Origin: an uncultured Planctomycetia bacterium
GTDB taxonomy: Bacteria; Omnitrophota; Gorgyraeia; VGKH01; JBHPFN01
Length of the DNA stretch: 64,000 bases
NCBI GenBank assembly: GCA_964406665.1
Contig: CAYOSQ010000003.1
Location: 38,641 to 102,640 of the forward strand
Direction of reading: 5' to 3'
This document shows positions 1 through 9,636 of the stretch, piece after piece. The position numbers were made by a program, and so were the translations under genes. Position 1 is the stretch's first letter; every line of letters starts with the position of its first letter. A model generated the notes under the pieces. The model was not told the DNA's origin. It searched no databases and saw only the letters and a list, made by a program, of their open reading frames with translations.

Positions 1-1
1 T

Positions 2-469
2 GTAAAAGTAGTTGTCAATATTCAGGGAGATGAGCCTTTGATTCAACCTTCGATGGTAGACAAGCTTGCCCATGAATTATTAGAAGACCCTGAATGTGTA
101 ATGGCTACCTTGGTTAAGCGAATAACTAATCTTGAAGAAATCAATAATCCTAATATAGTTAAGGTTGTAACGGATAGGAGTGGCTATGCTCTTTATTTTT
201 CCCGCTCACCGATTCCTTATAAGCGAAGTGATAGTTTTAGCGAAACAATTTATTTCAAGCATATTGGTTTATATGCATATACTAAAGATTTCCTTTTCAC
301 CTTTAAAAATCTTCCTAAATCTCAGCTAGAAGCTACTGAAAAACTTGAACAACTACGCGTGTTAGAGTCTGGTTTTAAAATCAAGACAGTAGAGACTGAT
401 GTTGAAACTATTGGGGTTGATACCTATGAAGATCTTGAAAAGGTAAAAGAGAAGATGAGAGGTATGTAA
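2..469 (+). CDS. kdsB: 3-deoxy-manno-octulosonate cytidylyltransferase (5'-truncated by window)
   Basis: Frame open from base 2 (VKVVVNIQGDEPLIQP); ALYFSRSPIP, KHIGLYAY, EKLEQLR and GVDT motifs; precedes kdsA. Confidence 0.96.
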   Translation, partial: VKVVVNIQGDEPLIQPSMVDKLAHELLEDPECVMATLVKRITNLEEINNPNIVKVVTDRSGYALYFSRSPIPYKRSDSFSETIYFKHIGLYAYTKDFLFTFKNLPKSQLEATEKLEQLRVLESGFKIKTVETDVETIGVDTYEDLEKVKEKMRGM

Positions 470-1290
470 TGATGAATAGGACAATCAGTTTAAAAAATGT
501 AAAAATTGGTTCTAAAAAACCCATCATATTGATTGCCGGACCTTGCGTAATCGAAGATAAAAAGAGTTGTATCGCTATCGCAAAAAAGCTTAAACAAATT
601 ACCTCTGAGTTAAAGATACCTTTTATTTTCAAGGCTAGCTATGACAAGGCTAATCGTAGTTCTTTGCGATCTTTTAGAGGTTTAGGTATTGATAAGGGCT
701 TGGATATTTTAAGCGAGATTAAAAAAAATATCAAAGTTTCCATTTTAAGCGACGTTCACAATATTAATGATGTAGAAAAAGCTGCGAAAGTGCTAGATGT
801 TATCCAGATACCGGCTTTTTTGTGCAGGCAGACTGATTTAGTTTTAGCGGTAGCTAGAACTAAAAAGATCGTAAATATAAAAAAGGGACAATTTCTTGCG
901 CCATGGGATGTAAAACAAGTAATTAAAAAGATTGAAAGCACAGGGAATAAAAAAATAATCATAACTGAGCGCGGAACAAGTTTTGGATACAATAATTTAG
1001 TTAGTGATTTCCGCTCGTTAGTAATTATGGCTAAAACTGGCTATCCTGTTATTTATGATGCCACACATAGCGTGCAGCTTCCTGGCGGGGCGGGAGTAGC
1101 CTCTTCCGGAGAAAGCGAATACGCAATTAATTTATCTCGCGCTGCTACGGCTGTTGGTTGTGCAGGGTTATTTCTTGAAGTGCATCCAAATCCTAAAAAA
1201 GCATTGTGCGACGGTCCAAATATGCTGGCCATAAAAGATATGAAAGATTTCTTAAAGCAAATTAAAGCAATAGATAGGTTGATAAAATGA
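469..1290 (+). CDS. kdsA: KDO 8-phosphate synthase
   Basis: IAGPCVIE (metal-dependent Cys type), KASYDKANRSS, QIPAFLCRQTDL, KKGQF, ERGTSFGY, DATHSVQ. Confidence 0.97.
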   Translation: MMNRTISLKNVKIGSKKPIILIAGPCVIEDKKSCIAIAKKLKQITSELKIPFIFKASYDKANRSSLRSFRGLGIDKGLDILSEIKKNIKVSILSDVHNINDVEKAAKVLDVIQIPAFLCRQTDLVLAVARTKKIVNIKKGQFLAPWDVKQVIKKIESTGNKKIIITERGTSFGYNNLVSDFRSLVIMAKTGYPVIYDATHSVQLPGGAGVASSGESEYAINLSRAATAVGCAGLFLEVHPNPKKALCDGPNMLAIKDMKDFLKQIKAIDRLIK

Positions 1291-2246
1291 TAATAAAAAA
1301 AGCCAGAGAAGTATTTGATGTTGAAGCAAAAGCAATTCAGAGTTTGAAGAAAAGAGTTGGCCCAGATTTTAAACGTGCGGTCAATTACATTTGTAAGTGT
1401 AAAGGGCGCATAGTTGTTACGGGGATGGGTAAGGGTGGAATAATCGGTCAGAAAATCTCTGCCACCATGTCTTCTTTAGGCACTCCTAGTCTTTGGCTGC
1501 ATTCTGCTGAGGCAATCCATGGTGATTTAGGCAGAGTTGCTAAAGATGATGTGGTTATTGTCTTATCATACAGCGGAGAAACTCAGGAAGTTAAAGGATT
1601 ATTACCCTTACTTAAGAAGATGGGGATCAAGATTATCTCCATTACGGGAAATACAAAATCAACTTTAGCAAAATATAGTGATATTGTTTTAGACATAAGC
1701 GTAAAAAAAGAAGCTTGTCCTTTGGGGCTTGCTCCGACAACAAGCACGACAGCAATGTTGGCAATGGGCGATGCGCTTGCAGTATGTGCGTCGGATAAAA
1801 AATCATTTAAGCGTGAAGACTTTGCGTTTTTCCATCCCGGCGGTGCTTTAGGAAAGCGTCTACTGCTTAAGGTTGAAGATATTATGCGTAAAAGCCAATC
1901 TAGTCCTGTAGTCAATCAGGAGAAAAAAATTAAAGAAGTACTTTTTGCAATTACCAAAGCGCGCGCTGGTTCAGCTACGATAGTTGATAACAAGGGAAAG
2001 CTGGTGGGGATATTTACTGACGGGGATTTGCGAAGACATTTAGAAGACGACCCAAATCTTTCAGAGAAAAAAGTTATGCAGGCGATGACAAAATCTCCTA
2101 CTGTAGTTTTTAAAGACATGTTAGCGGCCGAAGCACTTAGAATTTTACAAGAGAAAAAAATAGACGAGCTACCGGTAGTTGATATAAACAATAAACCAAT
2201 CGGCCTTTTGGACGTTCAAGACCTACTTAAAGCAGGATTAGTATAA
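1287..2246 (+). CDS. kdsD: D-arabinose 5-phosphate isomerase, KpsF/GutQ family (SIS + CBS pair)
   Basis: TGMGKGG, EAIHGDLG, EACPLGLAPTTST, FHPGGALG, GIFTDGDLRR. Confidence 0.95.
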   Translation: MIIKKAREVFDVEAKAIQSLKKRVGPDFKRAVNYICKCKGRIVVTGMGKGGIIGQKISATMSSLGTPSLWLHSAEAIHGDLGRVAKDDVVIVLSYSGETQEVKGLLPLLKKMGIKIISITGNTKSTLAKYSDIVLDISVKKEACPLGLAPTTSTTAMLAMGDALAVCASDKKSFKREDFAFFHPGGALGKRLLLKVEDIMRKSQSSPVVNQEKKIKEVLFAITKARAGSATIVDNKGKLVGIFTDGDLRRHLEDDPNLSEKKVMQAMTKSPTVVFKDMLAAEALRILQEKKIDELPVVDINNKPIGLLDVQDLLKAGLV

Positions 2247-2252
2247 TTCTTT

Positions 2253-2774
2253 ATGAAATCAATTAAAGATAGAGTTAAAAAAATTAAATTGTTACTTCTT
2301 GATGTTGATGGTGTTTTAACCAATGGAAAGATAGTTTTTGATAACGCCGGAAGAGAAATGAAGTATTTTGATGTCCAGGATGGCTTAGGTGTTGTTATTC
2401 TAAGAAGAGCTGGAATCAAAACAATAATCATTACTGCTCGTTCATCAAGCATTGTTGCAAAGCGTGCTAAAGATATGCAAGTATTTAAAACATATCAGGA
2501 TGCTCGGGATAAGCTTAAGGTCTACAAAAAAATACTTAAAGACATGAGGTTGTCTAGCAAAGAAGTTTGTTTTATTGGTGATGAATTAATAGATTTATCC
2601 GTTATAAAAAACGTTGGGTTTGGTGTTGCCGTTTCTAATGCAGTCGCAGAACTTAAAAGAGAAGCTCATTATATAACAAAACGACAAGGTGGCAGCGGCG
2701 CAGTACGGGAAGTCATAGAATTAATCTTAAAGAGTCAAAATAAATGGAAGAAAGCCATTAAAATTTACCAGTGA
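2253..2774 (+). CDS. kdsC: KDO 8-phosphate phosphatase (HAD family)
   Basis: LDVDGVLT, FDVQDGLG, GGSGAVRE; kds operon context. Confidence 0.93.
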   Translation: MKSIKDRVKKIKLLLLDVDGVLTNGKIVFDNAGREMKYFDVQDGLGVVILRRAGIKTIIITARSSSIVAKRAKDMQVFKTYQDARDKLKVYKKILKDMRLSSKEVCFIGDELIDLSVIKNVGFGVAVSNAVAELKREAHYITKRQGGSGAVREVIELILKSQNKWKKAIKIYQ

Positions 2775-3577
2775 TGAAAAAAATAATCTTATTTTTTATG
2801 ATTTTCTTTATCTCCGGCATGGTAATTGAGGCTGATGAAGCTGAGCAGAAATTTCTTGGGTTTCATTTAACTGGTGTTTCTTCAGGTGGTGATAAAACCT
2901 GGGAAGTCAGGGGTGAATCTGCTGATATCTTCACCGATGTAGTTAAGCTTACGAATATAGTTGCCAATGTTTATGGGGAAGAAGAGATGACCTTAACCGC
3001 AAACGAAGGTAATCTGAATAAAACTGACGGTAATTTACTTTTTAAAGAAGACGTTGTGGCAAGTACGCCTGATGGCGCAAAAATGACAACGGATTCATTA
3101 AGTTGGAATCGAGATAGCAATGTAATTTCCACGGAAGATTTTGTAACGGTTGAGAAAGAAAGTATGGTGGCAACAGGTACTGGTGTTGAAGCAAACACGG
3201 AGTTGAATCAGGCGCAGATGAAAAAAGACGTTACAGTTGAATTCAACTCATTAGATGAAAATAAAAAGATGAGAAAAACGGTTATTACTTGTGATGGTCC
3301 ACTGGAAATTGATTATCAAAATCAAATTGCAGAATTTAAAAATAACGTAGTCGTTACTGACGAACAGGGAAATATGGCTGCAGATTATATGAAGCTTTTC
3401 ATAAATTTTGAGACTAAACAAATGGAAAAAATAATTGCATCGGGTAATGTTAAAATTCAGCGAGGAGAAAATACAAGCTACAGCGAGCAGGCTACCTATA
3501 TTGCGACTGAACAACGTGTAATTTTATCGGGAAAACCAAAATTAATTTTCTTCACCGAAGAACAGGTCGAGGAGTAA
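2771..3577 (+). CDS. LPS transport periplasmic protein, LptC-like domain fused to LptA/OstA-like domain (start GTG 2771 or ATG 2774)
   Basis: Hydrophobic N-terminus; LptC-like half (WEVRGESA, TTDSLSWN) then OstA-like half (ITCDGPLEIDY, IIASGNVKI, ILSGKP); lies between kdsC and lptB. Confidence 0.8.
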   Translation: MMKKIILFFMIFFISGMVIEADEAEQKFLGFHLTGVSSGGDKTWEVRGESADIFTDVVKLTNIVANVYGEEEMTLTANEGNLNKTDGNLLFKEDVVASTPDGAKMTTDSLSWNRDSNVISTEDFVTVEKESMVATGTGVEANTELNQAQMKKDVTVEFNSLDENKKMRKTVITCDGPLEIDYQNQIAEFKNNVVVTDEQGNMAADYMKLFINFETKQMEKIIASGNVKIQRGENTSYSEQATYIATEQRVILSGKPKLIFFTEEQVEE

Positions 3578-3578
3578 C

Positions 3579-4301
3579 ATGCGCTTATTAGAAACAAAAG
3601 GATTGGTTAAAACTTATGATGGACGAGCCGTAGTTAACGGAGTAGATATTTCTATTAGGCGTGGTGAAATTGTGGGTTTATTAGGACCAAATGGTGCAGG
3701 TAAAACAACTACTTTTTATATGATAGTTGGTATTATCCCACCGGATAAGGGAAAGATTGTTTTCGATCAACAGGGAATTACCAGGCTATCAATTCATGAG
3801 CGTTGCCGTTTAGGCATGGGATATCTATCTCAGGAAGCATCAGTTTTTAGAAAACTTTCTGTTGAAGAAAATATTATGGCAATATTGGAGACACTTAAGA
3901 TTGGACCACGCGAACGTAAAAAAAGATTACAATCACTTTTGGAAGAATTGAACATTGCGCATTTGGCAAAGAATAAGGCTTACACCTTATCCGGAGGTGA
4001 GAGGCGTCGTTTAGAGATCACGCGTGCTTTAGTAACCAATCCATCGTTTATACTTTTAGATGAGCCGTTTTCCGGAATAGATCCTATAGTCGTTGCCGAT
4101 GCCCAGGAGATTATCAAAGATTTAAAGAATAAAGGTTTGGGGATTTTACTTACTGATCATAATGTGCGTGAAACATTAGCTATAACAGACAGAGCGTATC
4201 TTATTGCTGAGGGGAGAATCTTAATTTCTGGAAATGCGCAGGAATTAATAAATGACCAAAAAGCACGTAAACTATATTTGGGTGAAGAATTCAGCATGTA
4301 A
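3579..4301 (+). CDS. lptB: LPS export ABC transporter ATPase
   Basis: GLLGPNGAGKTTTFY, LSGGERRRLEI, LLDEPFSGIDP, LTDHNVRETL, YLGEEF. Confidence 0.97.
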   Translation: MRLLETKGLVKTYDGRAVVNGVDISIRRGEIVGLLGPNGAGKTTTFYMIVGIIPPDKGKIVFDQQGITRLSIHERCRLGMGYLSQEASVFRKLSVEENIMAILETLKIGPRERKKRLQSLLEELNIAHLAKNKAYTLSGGERRRLEITRALVTNPSFILLDEPFSGIDPIVVADAQEIIKDLKNKGLGILLTDHNVRETLAITDRAYLIAEGRILISGNAQELINDQKARKLYLGEEFSM

Positions 4302-4328
4302 GGTTATTGTAAGCTAACAAGGAGAATT

Positions 4329-5234
4329 ATGAAGGCAGAACTTAAAAAAATTGATGCATGCAAGAGACAACTAAACATTGAATTATCTAAAGAGATAATA
4401 GATAAAAAATTTGAAGAAGTATATAAAGAAATCGGCAAGCAGGCTAATATTAAGGGATTCCGCCCCGGGAAAGTTCCTAAGGATATTTTAATTAAACATC
4501 ATGCTCAGCTGGCGCGCGAGGAAGTGTTGAAATCTTTGATTCCTGAGTATTATCAAAAGGCCCTTATGGAGCAAAGTCTTGCTGCTGTAGACTTGCCTGA
4601 GATTCAGGATATTAAATTTACCGATGACTTCCTTTCTTTTAAGGCAGAATTCGAAATTAGGCCTGAGATTAAAATAAAGCAATATAAAGGTTTGAAAGTG
4701 AAAAGGAAATCAGCTGATGTTTCCGATGATGATGTTGAAAAAGCACTGGACTATCTTAAGAAATCAAAAGGAGATAAAGAAGAAGTAAAAATTGACGATG
4801 ATTTTGCTAAAGGTATGGGTTATCCTAGTCTTAAAGAACTTAGAGAGATGCTAAGAAAACAGCTTGAAATTTCCAAGGAACAACAGGTTAAAATGGATGT
4901 GGAAAATCAGGTGATCGAGCAACTAATTAAGAATTCTGACTTAGCGGTTCCCCAAGGTTCAGTTGTTAAGCAGTTAGACTATATGGTTAAGCAGACCAAG
5001 CAAAATCTTGCATATCAGGGAATGAAGCAGGAAGACGTTGAAAAAAAAGATGAGGAATTACGCAAAAGATTCAAAGATGATGCAGCAAAATCGGTTAAGG
5101 TGTTCTTTATCTTAGATAAGATCGCCGAGCTTGAAAATATCAAGATAGAAAAGGAACACGATTTAACCAGAACGGTGATAGAATTTTTGTTAAAAGAGGC
5201 ACAATGGCAAGAAGGGGGTAAAGATGGAAAGTAA
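4329..5234 (+). CDS. tig: Trigger factor, short form lacking the FKBP PPIase domain
   Basis: GFRPGKVP ribosome-binding signature; DDDFAK and C-terminal helical domain; only 301 aa; precedes clpP. Confidence 0.9.
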   Translation: MKAELKKIDACKRQLNIELSKEIIDKKFEEVYKEIGKQANIKGFRPGKVPKDILIKHHAQLAREEVLKSLIPEYYQKALMEQSLAAVDLPEIQDIKFTDDFLSFKAEFEIRPEIKIKQYKGLKVKRKSADVSDDDVEKALDYLKKSKGDKEEVKIDDDFAKGMGYPSLKELREMLRKQLEISKEQQVKMDVENQVIEQLIKNSDLAVPQGSVVKQLDYMVKQTKQNLAYQGMKQEDVEKKDEELRKRFKDDAAKSVKVFFILDKIAELENIKIEKEHDLTRTVIEFLLKEAQWQEGGKDGK

Positions 5235-5823
5235 GAATCAGGTACTTGTTCCTATGGTAGTTGAGCAAAGCAGCAGAGGTGAGAGGGCGTATGACATTTA
5301 TTCCAGACTTCTTAAAGATAGAATTGTTTTTATCGGCACCCCGGTAGATGATCATATTGCTAATATTGTTATTGCGCAGCTATTATTCTTACAGATGGAA
5401 GATGCAAAGAAGGAAATTAGTATTTATATCAACACACCAGGTGGTATAGTAACCGCAGGTTTAGCTTTATATGATACAATCCAGTTCTTAAAGCCGGATG
5501 TTGCTACTTATTGTGTCGGTCAAGCTGCGAGTATGGGTGCTGTGCTTTTAGCTGCAGGAACCAAGGGAAAGCGATATGCGCTTCCACATGCACGTATTAT
5601 GATTCATCAACCTTGGGGAGGAGCTCAGGGAGCAGCCTCAGATATTTCCATTCAGGCCCAAGAAATCTTACGCCTTAAAGATAAATTAAGTGAAATTTTG
5701 GCAAAGCATACCGGTAAATCAATCGAGCAGATTAAAACAGATTCAGATAGGGATTATTTTATGTCATCAGATGAGGCTAAGGAATATGGCATAATTGATG
5801 AGGTTATTTCAGCTAAGAAGTGA
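5224..5823 (+). CDS. clpP: Clp protease proteolytic subunit
   Basis: [19 protein letters not shown] (Ser), MIHQP (His), DRDYFM. Confidence 0.98.
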   Translation: MESKNQVLVPMVVEQSSRGERAYDIYSRLLKDRIVFIGTPVDDHIANIVIAQLLFLQMEDAKKEISIYINTPGGIVTAGLALYDTIQFLKPDVATYCVGQAASMGAVLLAAGTKGKRYALPHARIMIHQPWGGAQGAASDISIQAQEILRLKDKLSEILAKHTGKSIEQIKTDSDRDYFMSSDEAKEYGIIDEVISAKK

Positions 5824-5832
5824 GGGAGGAAG

Positions 5833-6975
5833 ATGAGTAGCAAAAAGACATATTTATTAACACCAGGGCCAACGCCATTACCACCAGAAGTAATGGAGGC
5901 GCTTTCGCGTCAGATAATTCATCATAGAACTTCGCAGTTCCGCGATATATTGAAACAGGCTGAAGAGGGCCTGCAGTATGTATTCCAGACAAAGAATGAT
6001 GTATTTATTTTTGCATCTTCCGGAACAGGAGCCATGGAGGCAGCGGTTTGCAATTTACTTTCTGCAGGTGACAAAGCCATAACTGTTGAAGGTGGAAAGT
6101 TTGGTGAACGCTGGACGGAAATCTGCAAAAGTTACGGTGTTGAGCCTATTGTTGTTGAGGTAGAGTGGGGTAAATCAGTTGAACCTAAAGTCATAGGTGA
6201 TCTTCTTAAAAAAGACAAAAGCATCAAAGCAGTATTTACTACTCTTTGTGAAACCTCTACTGGTGTTACAGCAGATATAAAGACTATTGCAGATATTGTA
6301 AAAAAGACTTCCGCAGTTTTGGTTGTTGATGCAATTAGTGGGCTTGGCGCAGTTGATATTCAGACGGATAACTGGGAAGTGGATGTTGTTGTTGCTGGTT
6401 CTCAGAAAGGTCTTATGCTTCCCCCGGGATTAGGTTTTTTAAGCACAAGCGAAAAAGCCTGGAAATTAATTGAAGAATCTAAACTACCAAAATATTATTT
6501 TGATTTGAAAAAAGCCAAGAAGGCGTTAGATAAAACCGATACTGCATTTACACCGGCAATCGGATTAATTATTGCGTTAAATGAAGCTCTTGATATTATA
6601 AAGAAAGAAGGTTTGCAGAATGTATTTAAACGTTTTGCCAAAATGACTGAAGTAACCCGTAACGCTGCTGAAGCTATTGGGCTTTCTTTGTTTCCGGATA
6701 AGGGTTGTGCCTCAAATGCAGTTGTCGCACTTAGGCTTCCTGATTCTATTGATGGAGCAGCATTGGTTAAAACTATGCGGGATGTTAACGGAGTTGGTTT
6801 AGCCGGAGGACAAGCACAATTAAAAGGAAAAATAATCCGCATCGCCCACATGGGCTATATAAAGGAAGAAGATATATTAGCTGGATTTGAAGTGTTGGAG
6901 AAGGTGCTTGCAGAAATGGGTCATAAGCTTACTGCAGGTGCATCTGTTAAGATAATAAAAGAGCAACTTTTGTAA
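5833..6975 (+). CDS. Class V PLP aminotransferase (alanine-glyoxylate/serine-pyruvate type, probable phosphoserine aminotransferase role)
   Basis: LLTPGPTP, SSGTGAMEA, VDAISG, GSQKGLM (PLP Lys), RIAHMG. Confidence 0.9.
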   Translation: MSSKKTYLLTPGPTPLPPEVMEALSRQIIHHRTSQFRDILKQAEEGLQYVFQTKNDVFIFASSGTGAMEAAVCNLLSAGDKAITVEGGKFGERWTEICKSYGVEPIVVEVEWGKSVEPKVIGDLLKKDKSIKAVFTTLCETSTGVTADIKTIADIVKKTSAVLVVDAISGLGAVDIQTDNWEVDVVVAGSQKGLMLPPGLGFLSTSEKAWKLIEESKLPKYYFDLKKAKKALDKTDTAFTPAIGLIIALNEALDIIKKEGLQNVFKRFAKMTEVTRNAAEAIGLSLFPDKGCASNAVVALRLPDSIDGAALVKTMRDVNGVGLAGGQAQLKGKIIRIAHMGYIKEEDILAGFEVLEKVLAEMGHKLTAGASVKIIKEQLL

Positions 6976-6991
6976 TTTATTTTGTTTCTTT

Positions 6992-7027
6992 AGCGGATAA
7001 TTATCTCAAGCTGAGAAAATATCCGCT
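6992..7027 (+). terminator. Intergenic inverted repeat (terminator-like or mRNA-stabilising hairpin)
   Basis: AGCGGATA (6992-6999) pairs with TATCCGCT (7020-7027); inner TCTCA/TGAGA stem; only a short T run follows. Confidence 0.5.
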
Positions 7028-7050
7028 TTGGTATTAATTAAGGAGGGGTA

Positions 7051-8001
7051 ATGTTTCGATCACAAATTAAAGTATTAGATTGCACTATCCGTGACGGAGG
7101 TCTTATCAATAATCATGATTTCGATAGACGTTTTGTGCGCGAAGTATACAAGGCCGTGTCTGCTGCAAATGTTGATTATATCGAGCTAGGCTACAGGAAT
7201 TCAAAGAAGATGTTTTCTCAGAAAGATTTCGGCTTATGGAAATTCTGCGATGATGAAGAAATAAATAAAGTTATCGAAGGTATTGAGTCTAATACAAAGA
7301 TTTCCGTAATGTGTGATGTCGGCCGAGTAGAAGAACAAGACGTTAAGCCAAAGTCAGAGAGCCCGGTAGATATGATAAGGGTTGCAAGTTATGTTAAGGA
7401 TATTGATAAAGCAATCGCCTTAGTAAATCAATTTGATGAAAAAGGGTATGAAACCACTATTAATATTATGGCGATATCCCGCGACCAGGATAGATTTCTA
7501 GACGAAGCGCTTGAACAGGCGGAGAAAGAAAGCAAAGCTCAGGTTATTTATATAGTTGATAGTTTTGGTGCGCTTTATCAAGAGACTGTTGAAGATCTGG
7601 TTAAAAGATTCAGGAGAATTGTTAAGACAAAAGAAGTTGGTTTTCACGGACACAACCACCAGCAGCTTGCTTTCGGCAATACAATCGAGGCTATAATGCA
7701 TAATGCTAATTATCTTGATGCCACTGTTTATGGTATTGGTCGCGCTGCAGGAAATTGTCCCTTAGAGCTTCTAGTGGGATTCTTAAAAAATCCAAAATTC
7801 GATATTCGTCCTCTATTGGATTTGATTTCTAAAGAGCTTATTCCTTTGAGGGATCAGATAGAATGGGGGTATATAATTCCTTATGCAATATCGGGAATGA
7901 TGAATATCCATCCTCGTGCAGCAATGGCGCTGAGAAACAGTGAGCAGAAAGAAAACTACAGGGAATTTTTTGAAAGCCTGGTAAATACCGACGAAGTCTA
8001 G
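7051..8001 (+). CDS. DRE-TIM (HMGL-like) aldolase catalytic-domain protein, 4-hydroxy-2-oxovalerate aldolase-like
   Basis: LDCTIRDGG, YIVDSFG, HGHNH metal motif, GIGRAAGNCPLE; strong RBS AAGGAGG. Confidence 0.8.
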   Translation: MFRSQIKVLDCTIRDGGLINNHDFDRRFVREVYKAVSAANVDYIELGYRNSKKMFSQKDFGLWKFCDDEEINKVIEGIESNTKISVMCDVGRVEEQDVKPKSESPVDMIRVASYVKDIDKAIALVNQFDEKGYETTINIMAISRDQDRFLDEALEQAEKESKAQVIYIVDSFGALYQETVEDLVKRFRRIVKTKEVGFHGHNHQQLAFGNTIEAIMHNANYLDATVYGIGRAAGNCPLELLVGFLKNPKFDIRPLLDLISKELIPLRDQIEWGYIIPYAISGMMNIHPRAAMALRNSEQKENYREFFESLVNTDEV

Positions 8002-8013
8002 TAGGCAAAATAT

Positions 8014-8649
8014 ATGGATGTAAAAAGTTTCCTTCAGCTTCCCATAATGGGGATTTTACGCGGTGTTTCTTCTGAAAGTATAATTCCACTTACAGAATCA
8101 GCAACCTCTTCCGGTTTAAAAACAATCGAGATAACAATGAATACCTCAGGTGCGCCTGAACTTCTTAAGAAGATGGTTAAGGTTGCTTCTGGTAACCTTA
8201 CCATAGGTGCTGGCACTGTTTTAAGCGAAGATGATGCAAAAGAAGCAGTTGATTCTGGGGCAACGTTCATTGTTTCTCCAACACTTGTTTCAGAGGTTGT
8301 AGAGTATTGTGCAAAAAACAAAATTCCTGTATTTCCTGGAGCATTTACTCCCCAAGAAATCTATAATGCCTGGAGAGCTGGAGCAACCATGGTTAAAGTG
8401 TTTCCGGCAAAGTTCTTTGGCCCCGCATATTTTAGAGAAATCAAAGGCCCTTTCAACGATATAAAACTTCTCGCCTGCGGCGGAGTTAATGAAGATACGA
8501 TTGAGCAGTTTTTTGTATCTGGAGCAGCAGCAGTTGCTTTTGGTGGAAGCATTTTCAAAAAAGATCTAATTGAAAGAAAAGATTTTTCTGCAATTGAAAA
8601 AAATATTAGATGTTTAGTTAACAAGGTGAAAAAAGTAAGCTCATCTTGA
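8014..8649 (+). CDS. eda: KDPG/KHG aldolase
   Basis: GILRG, IEIT, IGAGTV, FIVSP, PGAFTPQEI, VKVFPA (Schiff-base Lys). Confidence 0.9.
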   Translation: MDVKSFLQLPIMGILRGVSSESIIPLTESATSSGLKTIEITMNTSGAPELLKKMVKVASGNLTIGAGTVLSEDDAKEAVDSGATFIVSPTLVSEVVEYCAKNKIPVFPGAFTPQEIYNAWRAGATMVKVFPAKFFGPAYFREIKGPFNDIKLLACGGVNEDTIEQFFVSGAAAVAFGGSIFKKDLIERKDFSAIEKNIRCLVNKVKKVSSS

Positions 8650-8674
8650 CGTTTTTTCCAGATAGATATACAAT
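8646..8674 (+). promoter_or_regulatory. sigma70-type promoter for the three-gene Cys-rich array
   Basis: TTGACG (8646-8651), 17 bp spacer, TACAAT (8669-8674); RBS AAGGAG at 8701 before TTG start. Confidence 0.65.
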
Positions 8675-8712
8675 AATTAACAAAACAAGCCTATCAGTTT
8701 AAGGAGAGAGAC

Positions 8713-9636
8713 TTGCAGAAGTATTTTTTCCCCATTCTAATAATTGTTTTTTTCTTATCTTTATGCTTTCCTTGTTTTGCTCAAAGGGAATCAGTTACAA
8801 TTATCACTTATTATCCTGCCCCGTACGGAAATTATAAATATTTAGAAGCTAAAAAGAGTGCTGCAGTAGGAGATATCGGTGATTCAGGTACTCTCGGCAT
8901 AACCGAAGTCGATGATTTGCAGCAAGGAGAGCTGTTTGTAGAAGGTAATGTGACCTTTGGTACGCATATTGTTGATCCACCGATTGGTCAGGCAAAAACA
9001 GGAGAGCTAATTTATTTTGATGATACAGTAGATAACGGGTTTAAATATTTTGACGGAACAGATTGGATGTTGCCTGCTACAATGGGTGGAATGGGTGGTT
9101 GCTATGTTTCTTTTTGCGGGAATAGATTTGAAGGTATGGCCTCTCCAAGTGTACGCCGCTGTAGTTTTAATTCGGAAGCTTCTCCTGCCAATGTTTGCTT
9201 AGATGATTTTAGCCAGGTAGGAGATAGTGGTAGATATGGTTTTTGCTATGTTGATGACTTTCCTTCTTTTCATCATAGACATAAAGTGTATCATAGGCCA
9301 CCGGCTGATGACTCAGGTAATCCTTCTTGTGATGCGGGAGAGATTTTTTTTAGTGAGGGTTCAGCATATCTTTGTTGTAAAGATCCGGTTGCAAGTGTTA
9401 AGGCTTGTTATATATCCTATTGTGATTCTGCAGATGATAATTGTAGCTTTGGAGGAACACCTGCCGATCCTTGCATAGGAGGATTTGCGCAACAGGGAAG
9501 TAGTAGTACTTGGGGTTATTGTGAAGTTACTGCAGGTGGATGGATTCCAGGATATTATTTCCGTCCACCTCATGGAAACTGTGATTGGCGTTTTACTCCA
9601 CATGATATTGGAAACGCTTATTTATGTTGTAAATAA
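8713..9636 (+). CDS. Secreted TYYPAPYG-motif protein with two tandem Cys-rich tip modules (paralog A)
   Basis: Signal peptide ending CFA; TYYPAPYG; GELIY..FKYFDGTDW; two 8-Cys modules each ending AYLCCK. Confidence 0.8.
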   Translation: MQKYFFPILIIVFFLSLCFPCFAQRESVTIITYYPAPYGNYKYLEAKKSAAVGDIGDSGTLGITEVDDLQQGELFVEGNVTFGTHIVDPPIGQAKTGELIYFDDTVDNGFKYFDGTDWMLPATMGGMGGCYVSFCGNRFEGMASPSVRRCSFNSEASPANVCLDDFSQVGDSGRYGFCYVDDFPSFHHRHKVYHRPPADDSGNPSCDAGEIFFSEGSAYLCCKDPVASVKACYISYCDSADDNCSFGGTPADPCIGGFAQQGSSSTWGYCEVTAGGWIPGYYFRPPHGNCDWRFTPHDIGNAYLCCK

